A stretch of 64,000 bases of DNA from positions 55,699 through 119,698 of the forward strand of contig JAKVOO010000001.1 of the NCBI GenBank assembly GCA_022482735.1. Reading direction: 5' to 3'. Shown one piece after another: positions 62,304 through 64,000 of this stretch. Below the pieces are notes generated by a model. That model ran no database searches and was not told where the DNA came from. It saw nothing but the letters and a program-made list of their open reading frames with translations. Position 1 is the first letter of the stretch. Each line of letters begins with the position of its first letter. Made by a program: the position numbers and the translations under genes. Origin of the DNA: Bacilli bacterium (GTDB lineage Bacteria > Bacillota_I > Bacilli_A > RFN20 > CAG-826).

Positions 62304-63077
62304 TTATTGGTCTGGCATACCATCATCAATCCACTTATCAAATTTTGTTTTTATGACATTACCATGATAAAACTCAACTTCTGTGGTGTCATATCCTCTT
62401 GAATCTTTTTCATATTCACTTTCAAACCATGTGGGAAAGTCTTTATAATTTTTCGTTTCTTGCTCTACTATATTTGTATAAACCGATGGGTCAATGGCAA
62501 TTGAACCAATTCCATTTCTGGAGGCTATATTAGATAAATTTGAAGCATTTACTACAGCTTTCCCAATAAAAACCAAATCATTGATAACGCCTTTTTTTCC
62601 AACTTTAATAACCAAATCTTTTGATAATCCAATGCCAATACCATAATCAATTTGTGGCATATTATTTTGTCTCAACACTTTATTAATCATTTTCTTGAGT
62701 GTGTTAATCTCAACAGCCATATTATATGCTTCCGCAACATTTTCCTTATTAGGAGATGCAAAAATAGCAAACACACAATCTCCTCTCACACCAATTCTTT
62801 TATACATTTGTGTGTCGTTCAAAATCTGAATTGTCTCAGATGAAAAAGTTCTTATGACCTTAGCAATAGTTTTATCATTTTTCCCTTTAAACAATTCAGT
62901 AGAATTTACTAAATCTACAAATATTGAAACAACCCAACCCTTAATTCCATTATTAAATGTTAAACTCCCATTAGTTTCACTTTCGATATCCGATATGCTG
63001 GTCTTATCTGCAACCTCAGTACTGGAGTTAATGATGTTGTAAATAACGTCCTTTCTTTGCTTGTAGTCGTATGCCAT
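62304..63077 (-). CDS. pycC: class III nucleotide cyclase, Pycsar cyclase-like (PycC)
   Basis: Cyclase-homology motifs: VVSIFVDLVNSTEL (first metal-binding Asp), RGDCVFAIF (second Asp), GIGIGLSKDLVIKVG and FIGKAVVNASNLSN. SD aaggtgg precedes ATG 63077. The gene pairs with a TM effector. Confidence 0.75.
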   Translation of the reverse strand: MAYDYKQRKDVIYNIINSSTEVADKTSISDIESETNGSLTFNNGIKGWVVSIFVDLVNSTELFKGKNDKTIAKVIRTFSSETIQILNDTQMYKRIGVRGDCVFAIFASPNKENVAEAYNMAVEINTLKKMINKVLRQNNMPQIDYGIGIGLSKDLVIKVGKKGVINDLVFIGKAVVNASNLSNIASRNGIGSIAIDPSVYTNIVEQETKNYKDFPTWFESEYEKDSRGYDTTEVEFYHGNVIKTKFDKWIDDGMPDQ

Positions 63078-63154
63078 TAAGATTCCACCTTTCTATTACT
63101 TAAAATATATTCGTTATGGTATAGATTTTTTTATCAAGGGTATCCGTTTCTCAC

Positions 63155-63226
63155 TTTACTTGATTTTTCCACTATTTGCATATCTATTATCCATAAAAGT
63201 ATATCATTTTCTGCTTTAAGCATTCA
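63155..63226. repeat. about 72-bp direct repeat, copy B, upstream of pycC
   Basis: See copy A. This copy lies 78-150 nt upstream of the pycC start on the coding (minus) strand. Confidence 0.8.
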
Positions 63227-63318
63227 AAAACCGCTATTACTTAATAGATCATCTGCAAACATGTTTTAAATATATATCTTCTTAATTGTTTAATAATAAT
63301 TTATTCTTGATTTTTATG

Positions 63319-63924
63319 TTAATGCCCTTTATTACCTACTTGCGCACCTTCCACAAATTTAATGTACTTTGGATTTTTAGAAAAATCTTGCCACTCGATA
63401 AGAAAATCTGCTTTTGAATCAATAAAGTTACTATTTTTACCAATGAAATTTTCTATCAATAAAACATCACTTCTATCACAGTATTCTATTTTATTAAAAA
63501 CATCAGAATGAGGATTAAATATAATTAGAGAAATATTAAACATTGTATTTTTAACTAGTTGTTCTATTTTGGTTGATTTAGTAACATTGTCCATATTTTC
63601 AAAGTCATTGATTAGTTTTTTTGATTCCTTAATAAACAAGCAAAAATTCTCATAAGTTACTTTTATATTGGAATAATCACCATGAGTAATTTTTTTCCAT
63701 TCAATCAAAAAAACACTCAGAAACATTATTAAAGATAATGCAAGAGGTAGTATGACTTTAAGAAGCCAATCATCGATGAAGCTCATATTTCCACTATTGC
63801 CTGAAGCAATTTTTACAATGAAAACAATTAATGAAGAAACGATATTAATCCCGATAGCAAACCCAAAAAGCCTAAATGTTGACCACAATTTTTCTTTCAT
63901 TAAGTCTTTTTGTTTTTCATTCAT
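63319..63924 (-). CDS. hypothetical membrane protein (201 aa)
   Basis: Two or three N-terminal TM helices and a soluble C-terminal domain. SD aaaggag. Family not recognised. Confidence 0.5.
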   Translation of the reverse strand: MNEKQKDLMKEKLWSTFRLFGFAIGINIVSSLIVFIVKIASGNSGNMSFIDDWLLKVILPLALSLIMFLSVFLIEWKKITHGDYSNIKVTYENFCLFIKESKKLINDFENMDNVTKSTKIEQLVKNTMFNISLIIFNPHSDVFNKIEYCDRSDVLLIENFIGKNSNFIDSKADFLIEWQDFSKNPKYIKFVEGAQVGNKGH

Positions 63925-64000
63925 TATTCAACAACTCCTTTCTTGCATGAGCATTTTTAGAACTTAAGTAATAGTCAACCAATGGTTGATCATATATAGC

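Overview
Low-GC, AT-rich bacterial chromosome segment. It looks Firmicutes/Mollicutes-like (many lipoproteins, a C30-carotenoid tailing cluster, a PotA-like ATPase with a large insert), but that taxonomic guess is inference only. Most of the window is ordinary housekeeping: eno, gpmA, mgsA, rdgB, pepC, pflA/pflB, rubrerythrin, ABC transporters, NUDIX hydrolases and tRNAs.

Three regions are accessory.

(1) About 27.3-35.5 kb holds a tRNA-Phe-associated genomic island bounded by about 75-nt direct repeats that include the tRNA 3' end. It carries a compact type VI-D CRISPR-Cas locus. The single effector is 885 aa with two R-x4-H HEPN motifs and Cas13d-like sequence blocks. A 5-repeat array (36-nt repeats, 30-nt spacers) follows 12 nt after its stop codon. 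No cas1, cas2 or WYL accessory gene is present in the window. The cas13d promoter and first ~30 codons are duplicated 3.6 kb upstream. An intact tyrosine integrase and a 19-codon integrase remnant mark tandem integration events.

(2) About 61.6-63.2 kb holds a two-gene Pycsar-type cassette (class III nucleotide cyclase plus small 3-TM effector) flanked by about 72-bp direct repeats.

(3) About 1.4-2.7 kb holds a decayed IS3/IS150-family element.

Other notable points:
- a THF riboswitch upstream of folT;
- a pyruvate formate-lyase split by an in-frame TAA, with a perfect SD and ATG launching a separate 77-aa glycyl-radical domain;
- several genes with in-frame stop codons (sodA, an XRE regulator, the island metalloprotease, the IS genes);
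- two promoter-to-terminator small-RNA candidates next to the integrase.

All calls come from reading the sequence and ORF translations and from recalled family motifs. No database search was run.
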